64,000 nucleotides of DNA from Candidatus Helarchaeota archaeon. GTDB lineage: Archaea > Asgardarchaeota > Lokiarchaeia > Helarchaeales > RDOG01. The DNA lies in contig JAHPZH010000004.1 of the NCBI GenBank assembly GCA_019058315.1, positions 416,001 through 480,000 on the forward strand, read 5' to 3'. A program made the translations under genes and the position numbers. Shown here one piece after another: positions 9,624 through 18,433 of the stretch. The notes below the pieces were generated by a model, which was given only the letters and a program-made list of their open reading frames with translations, had not been told where the DNA came from and searched no databases. Every line of letters starts with the position of its first letter. Position 1 is the stretch's first letter.

Positions 9624-11336
9624 TCAGAACATCAGCGTTTCAATTCCAATTTTATCTATATCATGTGCTTGGAATTTAATAACCACATCGATTACGGCAG
9701 GTAGATTAGAATTTTTCGCACGCTGAAGAGCACCTTTAATTTTATTTGGATCAGTGACTCTTTCCCCATAGCAACCGAATCCCTTAGCAATTTCGGCAAA
9801 ATTTGTATCACTAAAATCAACATCTATAAATCTTTTTTTGAAAGCATATTTTTGTCCAGATTTGATCATTCCCCAAGCGCTATTATTACCGACTACACAA
9901 ATAAAGGGCAATCCACATCGTTTAGCAGTTTCTAATTCTTGAATGTTAATGATTATAGAACCATCGCCACTGATAGTGCAAACTTGTCTTTCAGGAGCTG
10001 CTAACTTTGCACCAATTGCATAGGGAATACTAGTACCCAAGTGTCCCATCCCGATAGCTTGCAGTACCTTCCGATGGTGATACATATGAATCTGTTCTAA
10101 AGCAAAAAACGCGATATCTCCGCCATCTAGTATTACTATGGCATTATCATCTATAAATTCATCTAATTCCTTTATTAAACGCTGTGGTTTAATTGGAACT
10201 GCATCAGAACTACTGCGTTTTTTCATTTTTTCCATATATTTATCTCGAGCTTCCTTAAGGGATCTAAGCCAGTCGGATTCTTGCTTCACTTCCGGTTTTC
10301 GCTTCTTTATTAATTCGAGCATATGTTGCAATACAGGTTTACAATCACCAAGAATACCTAACTCTACGGGGCGATTTTTCCCTATTTCGCTTGGATCAAT
10401 ATCAATTTGAATTACGGGTAGGTCATCTCGCCATAATGGTGCTTTTCCAAACATAAGGGATAAACCAAATCTGGCACCAAATGCTAATACTAAATCAGTC
10501 TCCATAATAGCTTTTTGAGTGTTAGATGTAAGTAATCCAGGACCACCAATGTAAGCAGAAGTTTCTTTAAGTATTCCTGAACTGCCAATTATAGTGGTAG
10601 TCATAGGAATTTTTAAGTACTCGGCAAAATCATTAAGTTCTTTTTCAGCTTTCGCAGAAACCACACCGCCCCCTGCAATTATTAACGGTCGTTCTGCATT
10701 TAATAATATATTGATTGCTTGTTCAACTAATTTAGGATCTGCCGTTGGATTAAAAAGCGATCGATAATTAGAAGGTTTTGGACAAACAATCTCCTTCTTT
10801 ACTTCAGTAGCTAGCACTTCAAAGGGAATATCAAGATGCACAGGTCTTGGACGTCCTGAATATGCTTCCCGAAAGGCCTTTTGTACATATTCTATAATTC
10901 TCTCAGTACTCAAGATCTGTTTTTGATATTTTACTACTGGTCGATACATACCGATTTGGTCTAAATCTCCTTGTAGAAATCCTATATCCATTTGATTAAT
11001 TGTAACTTGTGGGGTAATTACTAAGACTGGGATGCTATCTGACCACGCGGTGGCAATTCCTGGTAGCATATGTGTTGCGCCGGGTCCTACAGTTCCCATA
11101 CAAACGCCAATCTCTCCTGTAACACGTGCCCAAGCATCGGCTGCATGTGCAGCTCCTTGTTCATGTCGGAACATGATCGTATCAATGCCTTGTTCTCGAC
11201 CCCATCTATAAATCGCGTCATAGATATTTAAAAGTTGACCACCCGGAACTCCGAAAATAAATCGGACATTCTCATTTATAAGTGCCTGAACTAACAAATC
11301 CCCGCCAGTCATAATATCTTTCTTTTTCTCACCCAT
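9624..11336 (-). CDS. Thiamine-pyrophosphate-binding protein (acetolactate synthase large subunit-like)
   Basis: FGVPGG, RHEQGAAHAADAWARVTG, GPGAT, GDGS..NN TPP motif. Confidence 0.9.
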   Translation of the reverse strand: MGEKKKDIMTGGDLLVQALINENVRFIFGVPGGQLLNIYDAIYRWGREQGIDTIMFRHEQGAAHAADAWARVTGEIGVCMGTVGPGATHMLPGIATAWSDSIPVLVITPQVTINQMDIGFLQGDLDQIGMYRPVVKYQKQILSTERIIEYVQKAFREAYSGRPRPVHLDIPFEVLATEVKKEIVCPKPSNYRSLFNPTADPKLVEQAINILLNAERPLIIAGGGVVSAKAEKELNDFAEYLKIPMTTTIIGSSGILKETSAYIGGPGLLTSNTQKAIMETDLVLAFGARFGLSLMFGKAPLWRDDLPVIQIDIDPSEIGKNRPVELGILGDCKPVLQHMLELIKKRKPEVKQESDWLRSLKEARDKYMEKMKKRSSSDAVPIKPQRLIKELDEFIDDNAIVILDGGDIAFFALEQIHMYHHRKVLQAIGMGHLGTSIPYAIGAKLAAPERQVCTISGDGSIIINIQELETAKRCGLPFICVVGNNSAWGMIKSGQKYAFKKRFIDVDFSDTNFAEIAKGFGCYGERVTDPNKIKGALQRAKNSNLPAVIDVVIKFQAHDIDKIGIETLMF

Positions 11337-11419
11337 TTTAACACCAAACAGTTCATAATTGTTTAAAGCTTAAGTTTTTTCATCTAAACATTTTTGTATA
11401 AAATATATATAATAAATTT

Positions 11420-12412
11420 ATGAAAGCTCTAGTTTTAAAAACAATAAAAGATCTTGAATTATCAAAGGATTTCCCAAGACCAACCATTTCAAAAAAGGAA
11501 GTTCTCATTAGGGTAAAATACTGTGGTATTTGCGGAAGTGATCTGGAAGCATATAATTATGGAAAAGTCTTAACACCCCTTATTTTAGGACATGAATTTT
11601 CTGGAGAAATAGAGGAGATAGGATCTAAGGTTACAGATTGGAATATTGGGGATCGAGTAACTGCCTATCCTGGAGAATTCTGTGGAAAATGCTATTTCTG
11701 TAAAAAAGGTGAGGAAAATCGATGTATTAGCACAATGGTAGGACTTGGCATTTCTGTTAATGGTGCATTAGCAGAATATGTGAAAATATCCTCAAAATCC
11801 CTATGTAAATTACCTGATTCGGTTAGTTATGAAGACGGAGCCCTAGTAGAACCCTTATCCGTAGGATATCATGGTGTAAAGAACTCAGGAATCCAATCAA
11901 ACGATACTGCTGTTGTAATTGGCGCTGGGACAATTGGATTATCCACGATCCAAGCTTTAAAGTTATCTAATATTGAAAATATCTATATTATTGAACCTTC
12001 TGAATTTAATCGAAATCTAGCATTACAAATGGGAGTTCAAAAAGCAGTTCGTCCATCCAAGATAAATAAAATTGGTCCAAAATTTATATTTGATTGTGCT
12101 GGCTTTCCTAAAACCTACAAAGACGCCATCCATATAGTTCAGAGGGGTGGTCATGTCGTTTTATTAGGAGTTCATTTTGAAAATGTTCCGATTTCTTTCT
12201 TAGAGGTAATTGCTAAAGAAGTAAATTTGAAAGGAAGCTTTGGCTACTCATTTGAAGAATTCAAGGAAGTAATTGCACTCCTAAGTCAAAAAAAATTTCA
12301 AACCAATCTAATTGTGTCAAAAAAAGTGAGATTTGAGAATGCAATTAACGAAGGATTCCATGAACTTCTTAAACCAAATAGAAAAGCGGCTAAAATATTG
12401 GTCGAAATTTGA
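11420..12412 (+). CDS. Zn-dependent alcohol dehydrogenase (MDR family, sorbitol/butanediol DH-like)
   Basis: CGICGSD, GHEFSG, CGKCYFC..C structural Zn site, GAGTIG. Confidence 0.9.
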   Translation: MKALVLKTIKDLELSKDFPRPTISKKEVLIRVKYCGICGSDLEAYNYGKVLTPLILGHEFSGEIEEIGSKVTDWNIGDRVTAYPGEFCGKCYFCKKGEENRCISTMVGLGISVNGALAEYVKISSKSLCKLPDSVSYEDGALVEPLSVGYHGVKNSGIQSNDTAVVIGAGTIGLSTIQALKLSNIENIYIIEPSEFNRNLALQMGVQKAVRPSKINKIGPKFIFDCAGFPKTYKDAIHIVQRGGHVVLLGVHFENVPISFLEVIAKEVNLKGSFGYSFEEFKEVIALLSQKKFQTNLIVSKKVRFENAINEGFHELLKPNRKAAKILVEI

Positions 12413-12561
12413 TTATTAAATTCTTGTCTACATTCTAAAAAGTTTTTGTCAAATTAAGGAAGAATAAAATAGTATTATTCATCATTTCTAATTTCACTTA
12501 TTTGTAAATTTAAGTTAAGATTTAATAATTAATATTATCTAAAGCGAAATAGAAAATTGAT

Positions 12562-12629
12562 GGATCTCATCCTCTCAAAAAAAGAGGAGGGATGGAGGGG
12601 ATAAAAAATAGTTAATGAGGATGAGATCC
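12562..12629. ncRNA. Candidate structured RNA element D (13-bp stem, 42-nt purine-rich loop)
   Basis: GGATCTCATCCTC (12562-74) is the perfect reverse complement of GAGGATGAGATCC (12617-29); loop shares AAAAAGAGGAGGG..ATG with element E. Confidence 0.5.
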
Positions 12630-12646
12630 TTAATAATGGATTTTTT

Positions 12647-12703
12647 TTACTTTTCCTTCGCGTTCATCTCCTTTTTCTTGTTTATTGGTTTTTGTTTTAA
12701 CAT
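12647..12703 (-). CDS. Putative 18-aa basic micro-ORF (MLKQKPINKKKEMNAKEK)
   Basis: GAAGGTGA SD 4 nt upstream of ATG; lies between elements E and D. Confidence 0.25.
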   Translation of the reverse strand: MLKQKPINKKKEMNAKEK

Positions 12704-12894
12704 TTTTCACCTTCTAATTATTATATTACTTTTTTTCTTTTGATAATTCTTAGGTAAAAAATAGGGAAAAATTGGGACAAATTAGAAATAAATACTGAAT
12801 TGAGTTAATTTTTAATTTAAATTTCCAATTTTGCTCTATTATGACAGATGTAGGTAGATATTCAAATTCATAAAAAAATCTTAATTGGGGGCGA

Positions 12895-12970
12895 GTCTAC
12901 CTTCACCGTAAAAAGAGGAGGGGATGAGGGAGGGGGGAGGGAATCAAAAATGAAACGGTGAAGGTAAGAC
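12895..12970. ncRNA. Candidate structured RNA element E (12-bp stem plus extension, 45-nt G-rich loop)
   Basis: TACCTTCACCGT (12898-909) pairs with ACGGTGAAGGTA (12955-66); stem sequence unrelated to D but loop conserved. Confidence 0.5.
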
Positions 12971-13190
12971 CCTTAAATATATTCCGATGCATTTAAGTAT
13001 CCAGTGTTAATATACGAATTGTTATATTTAAATCGTATAGTTAATTCGAGTTTACGATTTACAACTTTTATTAAATTCAATTTGACTTAAATTTCATTTA
13101 ATTGATTTAAAAATCATTTAAAAGTAATTTCAAAAATAATTATTTGTAAGTTTTAATAGTTATAATTAAATCGAATAATGAGGGATTTAT

Positions 13191-14471
13191 TTGGAAAATG
13201 ACAAGATATTCGAAGAAGTAGATAAAATTGATGAAAAAAGAATAGTTTCTATAATGAATGAACTAATTTCAATAAATACATCAGTTCCTCCAGGTAAAAA
13301 TTATGAGATATTTGTTGATACTTTGGTTCCTTATTTCAAAAATCTCGGTTTTTCGTTAGAAAAAGTAATAGTCCCACCGTCTAAAATTAAGGAGATTCCT
13401 TTACCTCTTGAAGGTGAGAGAGTAAATCTGGTAGCCTTTAGAGATTTGGGAAAAAGCCAAGATATAAATTTCTATTCGCATATGGATGTTGTTCCAGTTG
13501 AAGACGAGAAAAAATGGAAACATAATCCATTTTCCGCTACAGTTACAAAAAGGGGAAAGATTTATGGCCGTGGAACATCGGACATGAAAGGAAATATTGT
13601 ATGCTTAATTCTAGCACTAGAAATAATGAAAAAATTGAATTTAGAATCAAAATATAATATTAAAATTTTAATTTGCACGGATGAGGAAATTGGGATTCAA
13701 CCCGGAGTCAGATATTTAACTGAAAATGGTTATATAAAGGAAGATAGTATAATTATTTGTATGGAGGGTGCACAAGAAAACGTAATTATTGTTGGTTCAG
13801 CTGGAGATTTTGATGTAGAAGTTGAATGTATAGGTATAAGCTGCCATTCAGGAATGAATTTTATGGGAATTAATGCAATAGAACAGACAATTCCTATATT
13901 AAATGAATTAATGAAATTAAAGAAAATTGTTGAAAAACGACAAAGTAAAGATATTCCTGGGATTCCACGTCAGGATGATCCATCTAGAAGAATGATGTCT
14001 CCCATGTTTAATATTGATATAATTCGTGGGGGTACAAAGTCAAATATCGTTCCAGATAAGTGTACATTTGTAATAAATAGAAGATATATACCTGATGAAA
14101 ATTTCGAAGATGTAAAGAAAGAAACCTTAGAAGCTCTTGAAAAAGGTAAATCGCAAAGCTCTTTAAAAAATTTAAAAATTAAGGCTTACAATATATATCC
14201 CGCTTTAAAAGTAGATCCAAATACAGAATATATTGAGAAAATGAAAAAAATAGTTTGCTTAGTTCATAATACGCAACCCGAAAAGCTAGGCTATCTAGGA
14301 ATATCTGGTTCAACGGATATGGGTTTTGTTAATGAAGTATCTCAGAATATTATTATGAGAGGAGTGGCTAATATCCAATCAAATTCTCATGGAGTTAATG
14401 AATCTATTCGAATGAAAGATGTTAAATCTTTTATAAAGGAAATCATATTGTATCTTTGTAGTGATTTTTAA
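13191..14471 (+). CDS. M20 family metallopeptidase/deacylase (ArgE/DapE-like)
   Basis: SHMDVVP, YGRGTSDMKG, DEEIG, GGTKSNIVPD, HGVNE. Confidence 0.9.
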   Translation: MENDKIFEEVDKIDEKRIVSIMNELISINTSVPPGKNYEIFVDTLVPYFKNLGFSLEKVIVPPSKIKEIPLPLEGERVNLVAFRDLGKSQDINFYSHMDVVPVEDEKKWKHNPFSATVTKRGKIYGRGTSDMKGNIVCLILALEIMKKLNLESKYNIKILICTDEEIGIQPGVRYLTENGYIKEDSIIICMEGAQENVIIVGSAGDFDVEVECIGISCHSGMNFMGINAIEQTIPILNELMKLKKIVEKRQSKDIPGIPRQDDPSRRMMSPMFNIDIIRGGTKSNIVPDKCTFVINRRYIPDENFEDVKKETLEALEKGKSQSSLKNLKIKAYNIYPALKVDPNTEYIEKMKKIVCLVHNTQPEKLGYLGISGSTDMGFVNEVSQNIIMRGVANIQSNSHGVNESIRMKDVKSFIKEIILYLCSDF

Positions 14472-14567
14472 AAACAAACTAACCATTTTTCTTCTTTTTA
14501 GGTTTCAAAATGAACCCTTTTTCATTGTTACATTCTAAACATTTATATAGAATATTTTAACAAAACA

Positions 14568-14583
14568 TTGTAGATATCTACAA
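14568..14583. promoter_or_regulatory. 16-bp palindrome TTGTAGATATCTACAA, operator-like
   Basis: Perfect palindrome between a TTTATATA box (about 14542) and the ATG at 14621; identical core at 8341. Confidence 0.6.
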
Positions 14584-14620
14584 ATTAAGATATAAAGAAT
14601 AAAAATTTGGAAGTAAAAAA

Positions 14621-15109
14621 ATGGGTTCAGAAACAAATGAAAAAGAAAAAATAACTTATGGGGAATTGCCACACACACATTTATATCATTTAATAGGAGT
14701 TATATCCTTTTTCACAGTATGGATATTGGATTCATTCATTTTCGAATATTCAACATTTCTACAAGAAGATATAGATTGGTTCATTCGATTCCCCATCGGA
14801 ATGGCTATTATGATTGTTGGTTTCATTATTTCAGGACTAGCACATGAAGTAAAATTTCATAAGAAAGTCTCTGGTGTTATTGACAATGGAGTATATGGAG
14901 TATCCCGACATCCAATGTATTTAGGCTTTATAATGGCTTATATCGGAGCTATAATATCAACACTTTCGCTAATAAGCTTCATTCCTTGGGTTTATATTAT
15001 TATTATAAACCATATAATGGCAAATTTCGAGGAAAAAAAACTTTTAGAGGAATTCGGAGACGATTATCGAGAATATCAGAGTAAAGTTCCAAAGTGGTTA
15101 TTGATTTAG
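14621..15109 (+). CDS. Isoprenylcysteine carboxylmethyltransferase (ICMT/PEMT) family protein
   Basis: GVYGVSRHPMYLG and EEKKLLEEFGDDYREYQSKVP motifs; TM helices. Confidence 0.85.
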   Translation: MGSETNEKEKITYGELPHTHLYHLIGVISFFTVWILDSFIFEYSTFLQEDIDWFIRFPIGMAIMIVGFIISGLAHEVKFHKKVSGVIDNGVYGVSRHPMYLGFIMAYIGAIISTLSLISFIPWVYIIIINHIMANFEEKKLLEEFGDDYREYQSKVPKWLLI

Positions 15110-15312
15110 CTTATTTCTTCATATCTGCGTTTTTCATTTTTTTAATAAACTAGATAACTTAAGAATTATTTTTTAAAAAATTATATTTATTGGATTTATA
15201 TCATAGTAAAAATGGTAAATTATGAAGAAAAACCTGAGAAATTCTTTAATTTTGGATATATACATTATTAGAAGAAAATACATGAGTGATTATTAGACTA
15301 ATTTATAATATG

Positions 15313-15409
15313 ATGGAGGAATCTTCCCTAAAAAAGTGTTTGGGACAATTTAAGCTAAGAGGGGTTTATAAAAATAGAATTTGGGAAGATTCTTAAAATT
15401 TCTCCATAC
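15313..15409 (-). ncRNA. Candidate structured RNA element A
   Basis: Inner stem GAATCTTCCC (15319-28)/GGGAAGATTC (15383-92); outer ATGGAG/CTCCAT; loop GGGACAATTTAAG; strand inferred from TATA-like spacing. Confidence 0.5.
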
Positions 15410-15659
15410 ATATTCTTTAAATAAATTTGATTATTTTAAATTAAAATGTCAATTTGAATTGAATAAATTGAATTAGGAAATTCCAGACAAATAAATAAAA
15501 GAAATGAATGAAATTGTATTTCGTAATTAATTTTTACCTAATTAATGAACAATTGGCAAATTATGAGAACTTAATCGTTAATTGGTATTCGGTTGAGAGG
15601 AATATTATAAATATTCAAGGTATACAAAAGTTACAAATCTGAAAATTCGAAAAAATAAA

Positions 15660-15735
15660 AGAATCTTCCCAAAAGTAGTTTTTAGGATAATTTAAGAAAA
15701 GTGTTATTAAAAAGAGTGGGTGGGAAGATTCTCAT
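15660..15735 (-). ncRNA. Candidate structured RNA element B
   Basis: 12-bp stem AGAATCTTCCCA (15660-71)/TGGGAAGATTCT (15721-32); loop GTTTTTAGGATAATTTAAGAA; T-run follows on the minus strand. Confidence 0.5.
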
Positions 15736-15868
15736 AGCAATATCAAACCAATGATGAAATATAAAATATTATGTTTATTAAAATTGAGTAATTCGAGCAA
15801 TCATCGATTGATATTGAGTTAATGAATTTTTTTTAATGCCTCTTCAAAAATATTAAATTGAGAAAAAA

Positions 15869-16101
15869 ATGGTTTCTAAAAACCAAGATCCTTATGAAAT
15901 AATCGTACAGAAAAATGAGAGAATACCCAAACGACATTCCTATAGTAGAGAGAAAGAGAGTTATTCGTATTTGCCAATCAATTGACCTTCAATCCCAGAT
16001 CTTAAATGTTGAATAAATCCATAAAATTAAGGATAAATGTCAAAAACCAATCGTAATAACTGATTGTGGAAATAGGACGGAAATATTAGAAATAAGAGAG
16101 T
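15869..16101 (+). pseudogene. Degenerate paralog of the 16683..17801 4Fe-4S protein
   Basis: DNA aligns by eye to about 16700-16765 and 17127-17277; frameshift near 15915, large internal deletion, GAA>TAA stop near 16014. Confidence 0.8.
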
Positions 16102-16359
16102 ATGGTAATTGAAATTATGGAAATAGCAAAATCTTCAACTTATCAAGATTAGGGAAACAGATATAGCGGAACTTTCGCAGGGTGGTCTTGGAATGGGAAA
16201 GATATAGAAAAGTTGAATGAAAAATTATTAATTAAAACTCCCATTAATAATCTTTTAATGGTAGGAATATATACCGCATCCGAACTTTTTCTAGGAGGAT
16301 ATCCAACTGCAAGCTTTACCGCAAACTTAGCAGTTGATCTAATTTTAGAGAATCATTAA
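16102..16359 (+). pseudogene. C-terminal fragment of a phytoene-desaturase(CrtI)-like FAD oxidoreductase
   Basis: EIAKSSTYQD*GNRYSGTFAGW..KTPINNLLMVG..GGYPTA..AVDLIL resembles the family C-terminus; in-frame TAG at 16150; no Rossmann N-terminus. Confidence 0.55.
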
Positions 16360-16429
16360 ATAAATAAAGCAAAGCAAAATCGCTGTATACGAATGAAATT
16401 AGGGGTATATATAAAATATTATGAATTTG

Positions 16430-16530
16430 AAGATGGAGGAATCCAACCTACAAAGTTTTTAGGATAATTTAAGAAGGGATACTAAAAGGAGTTTTTCGTA
16501 GGCAGATTCTCATATTCATTTCTCCATCTT
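16430..16530 (-). ncRNA. Candidate structured RNA element C
   Basis: Outer 9-bp stem AAGATGGAG/CTCCATCTT; inner GAATC/GATTC and CCTAC/GTAGG; loop GTTTTTAGGATAATTTAAGAA as in B. Confidence 0.5.
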
Positions 16531-16682
16531 GCAATTTTGATAATCAATCGTACTATTTAAATTTTTTAAGTCAATTTGAATTTACATTAATATTAAAATT
16601 GTTTTCTAGAAAAATCTACTAGATATTATTAATGAATTAATGAATTAAAAGAAATTTAGGATATATTAAATGGAGAAATCGT

Positions 16683-17801
16683 ATGTCTTCTATAGAAATT
16701 AAAGATCCATATGAAATTATATTACAAAAAATGAGGAAATATCCAAACGATATCCCTATAGTAGATGGTGAAATTTCCCAAGCTTTTAGGGAATATATTA
16801 AATTATTATTTACACCAGAAGAAGCAGAAATAGCCCAATATTTAGATATAAGACCATTATCCACACGTGAAATTTCAAAACGTATTGGAAAGACCCGAAA
16901 GGAAACAAAAAAAATCCTCGCAGAAATGACAGATAAAGGTGTAATTCAAGATATAGGTGGGTATTCGTACTTCTTGACAATGGCACATCTTTTAAACATC
17001 GGATTCAAATATTCGAAAGCATTAGAGAGACTCGGAAAAAAGGGAGCAGAATTATATCTTCAATTCTTTATTAAAGAAAAGTATTATAAACGTTATGAAT
17101 CGTCAGATGCCGGAACTTCGCTTATGAGGGTTATCCCTATTGGCCAATCGATTGACTCTCAATCCCAGATCCTAAATGTTGAAGAAATTCATAAAATTAT
17201 GGATGAATGTCAAAAACCAATTGTAATAACTGATTGTCCATGTAGAAATAGGACAGAGATATTAGAAATAAGAGAATGTAAGGACAAATTTCCTATAAAA
17301 GAATCGTGTTTTCAGTTAGGCATATTTGGAAAATATTTTTTAGATAGAGGCGAGGGTAGAGAACTTACTATCGAAGAAGCTCATGAAGTTGTAGATAAAT
17401 TATCGAAACTAGGTCTCGTTTTTACAACCGAGAATGTAAAACAACATAATCATCAAGTGATATGTTGTTGTTGCTCATGTTGTTGTAGCTTATTAAGAGG
17501 TATGACCCGTTTTGAAGAAAAGAATGAAAATTGTATCTCTAAATCAAATTATATTTCAATAGTTGACGAAGATTTATGTAAGGGTTGTGAGCTTTGCTCT
17601 AAAAGATGTCCGTTTAATGCAATTACTATTGAAAATAAAAAGGCATCTGTGGATATTGAAAAGTGTTTTGGCTGTGGTGTATGTGGAGTAACATGTCCTA
17701 ATGGGGCAATTAGACTTCATAGAAAAGAAAGATCCCACATTTTTGAAAATTTTTTACAGTTAATGGATCGGATCTACAAAGAGAATAGAGTTAGTACTTA
17801 G
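16683..17801 (+). CDS. 4Fe-4S binding protein with N-terminal HTH-like region and Cys-rich motif
   Basis: CPCR, ICCCCSCCC, two CxxCxxCxxxCP ferredoxin motifs. Confidence 0.85.
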   Translation: MSSIEIKDPYEIILQKMRKYPNDIPIVDGEISQAFREYIKLLFTPEEAEIAQYLDIRPLSTREISKRIGKTRKETKKILAEMTDKGVIQDIGGYSYFLTMAHLLNIGFKYSKALERLGKKGAELYLQFFIKEKYYKRYESSDAGTSLMRVIPIGQSIDSQSQILNVEEIHKIMDECQKPIVITDCPCRNRTEILEIRECKDKFPIKESCFQLGIFGKYFLDRGEGRELTIEEAHEVVDKLSKLGLVFTTENVKQHNHQVICCCCSCCCSLLRGMTRFEEKNENCISKSNYISIVDEDLCKGCELCSKRCPFNAITIENKKASVDIEKCFGCGVCGVTCPNGAIRLHRKERSHIFENFLQLMDRIYKENRVST

Positions 17802-17839
17802 GGGATTAAATAAAAAAAAATAATTTATTAATAATTTAG

Positions 17840-18283
17840 TTATATTTCTTTAAAACTTTCCGTTATTTGTTTGAATTCATCTTTATATTCTGGAAATGTA
17901 TCTGCCACCAATGTAAAGCTTAGTATCACCATTTTAGAACTTGTTGAAATTATTTTCATTATAATTAAAATATCCTTTCCTTCATGTATTCTGCCAGAAA
18001 TGTCTACTGATAAAGCTTTGCAATCTCCTATAGAGAATTTCTGAATGTTTGAAAATTTTGCTTCAGGAGGTAGACTTTGTTTAATCTGATCTAAAAGAAT
18101 ATCTGAAAGACCATGTAAGTCATCAATTGTTTCATCATTTACATCAATTTTTAGATTAGGAAAGGGATTTTCTGGTTTTTTTCTAGCAGCCCACGATTGA
18201 ATTTCCTCAACATATTTATGTACCCAATCTCCAAAATCTAGAGATATTCCAATATCTTTTAAGTCAACTCGCAAGTATTTCAC
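17840..18283 (-). CDS. Hypothetical protein (possible PsbP/Mog1-like fold)
   Basis: 147-aa ORF ending ..FKQITESFK, typical of PsbP-like C-termini; weak. Confidence 0.4.
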   Translation of the reverse strand: MKYLRVDLKDIGISLDFGDWVHKYVEEIQSWAARKKPENPFPNLKIDVNDETIDDLHGLSDILLDQIKQSLPPEAKFSNIQKFSIGDCKALSVDISGRIHEGKDILIIMKIISTSSKMVILSFTLVADTFPEYKDEFKQITESFKEI

Positions 18284-18433
18284 ATCACTCTATAACTTAA
18301 ACTTATGGACAATATTTAAAAATTTGAGAATATTGACAATATAATTTTCATAAATATATTTTATTCTGATTGTAAATAATCTTTTTAAAATCTATTTTTA
18401 ATTTATTTTAAGATTTCTTTATAGGTGATAATA

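Noticed and set aside
14621-15109. ICMT as evidence for CAAX prenylation of the local GTPases
   Set aside because: The family is widespread in prokaryotes and none of the GTPases ends in a Cys motif.
16150-16152. In-frame TAG as pyrrolysine or readthrough
   Set aside because: The fragment lacks the whole N-terminal domain and abuts another decayed gene; a TGG>TAG nonsense change is simpler.
15759-16423. 15-nt direct repeat ATATAAAATATTATG flanking the pseudogene relic
   Set aside because: Nearly all A/T in very AT-rich DNA and no element ends inside; cannot be supported as a target-site duplication.
15660-16514. Minus-strand ATGAGAATC micro-ORFs in elements B and C (MRIFPP.., MRICLR..)
   Set aside because: The conserved loop is read in different frames and copy A lacks the ATG, so conservation is not at peptide level.
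12562-16530. Hairpin elements as a CRISPR array, MITEs, SECIS elements or intrinsic terminators
   Set aside because: Spacing is irregular and no cas genes are present. Stems differ between copies, with no clear TSDs or transposase. No SECIS core or UGA-interrupted gene is evident nearby. Loops of 42-54 nt are too large for terminators.
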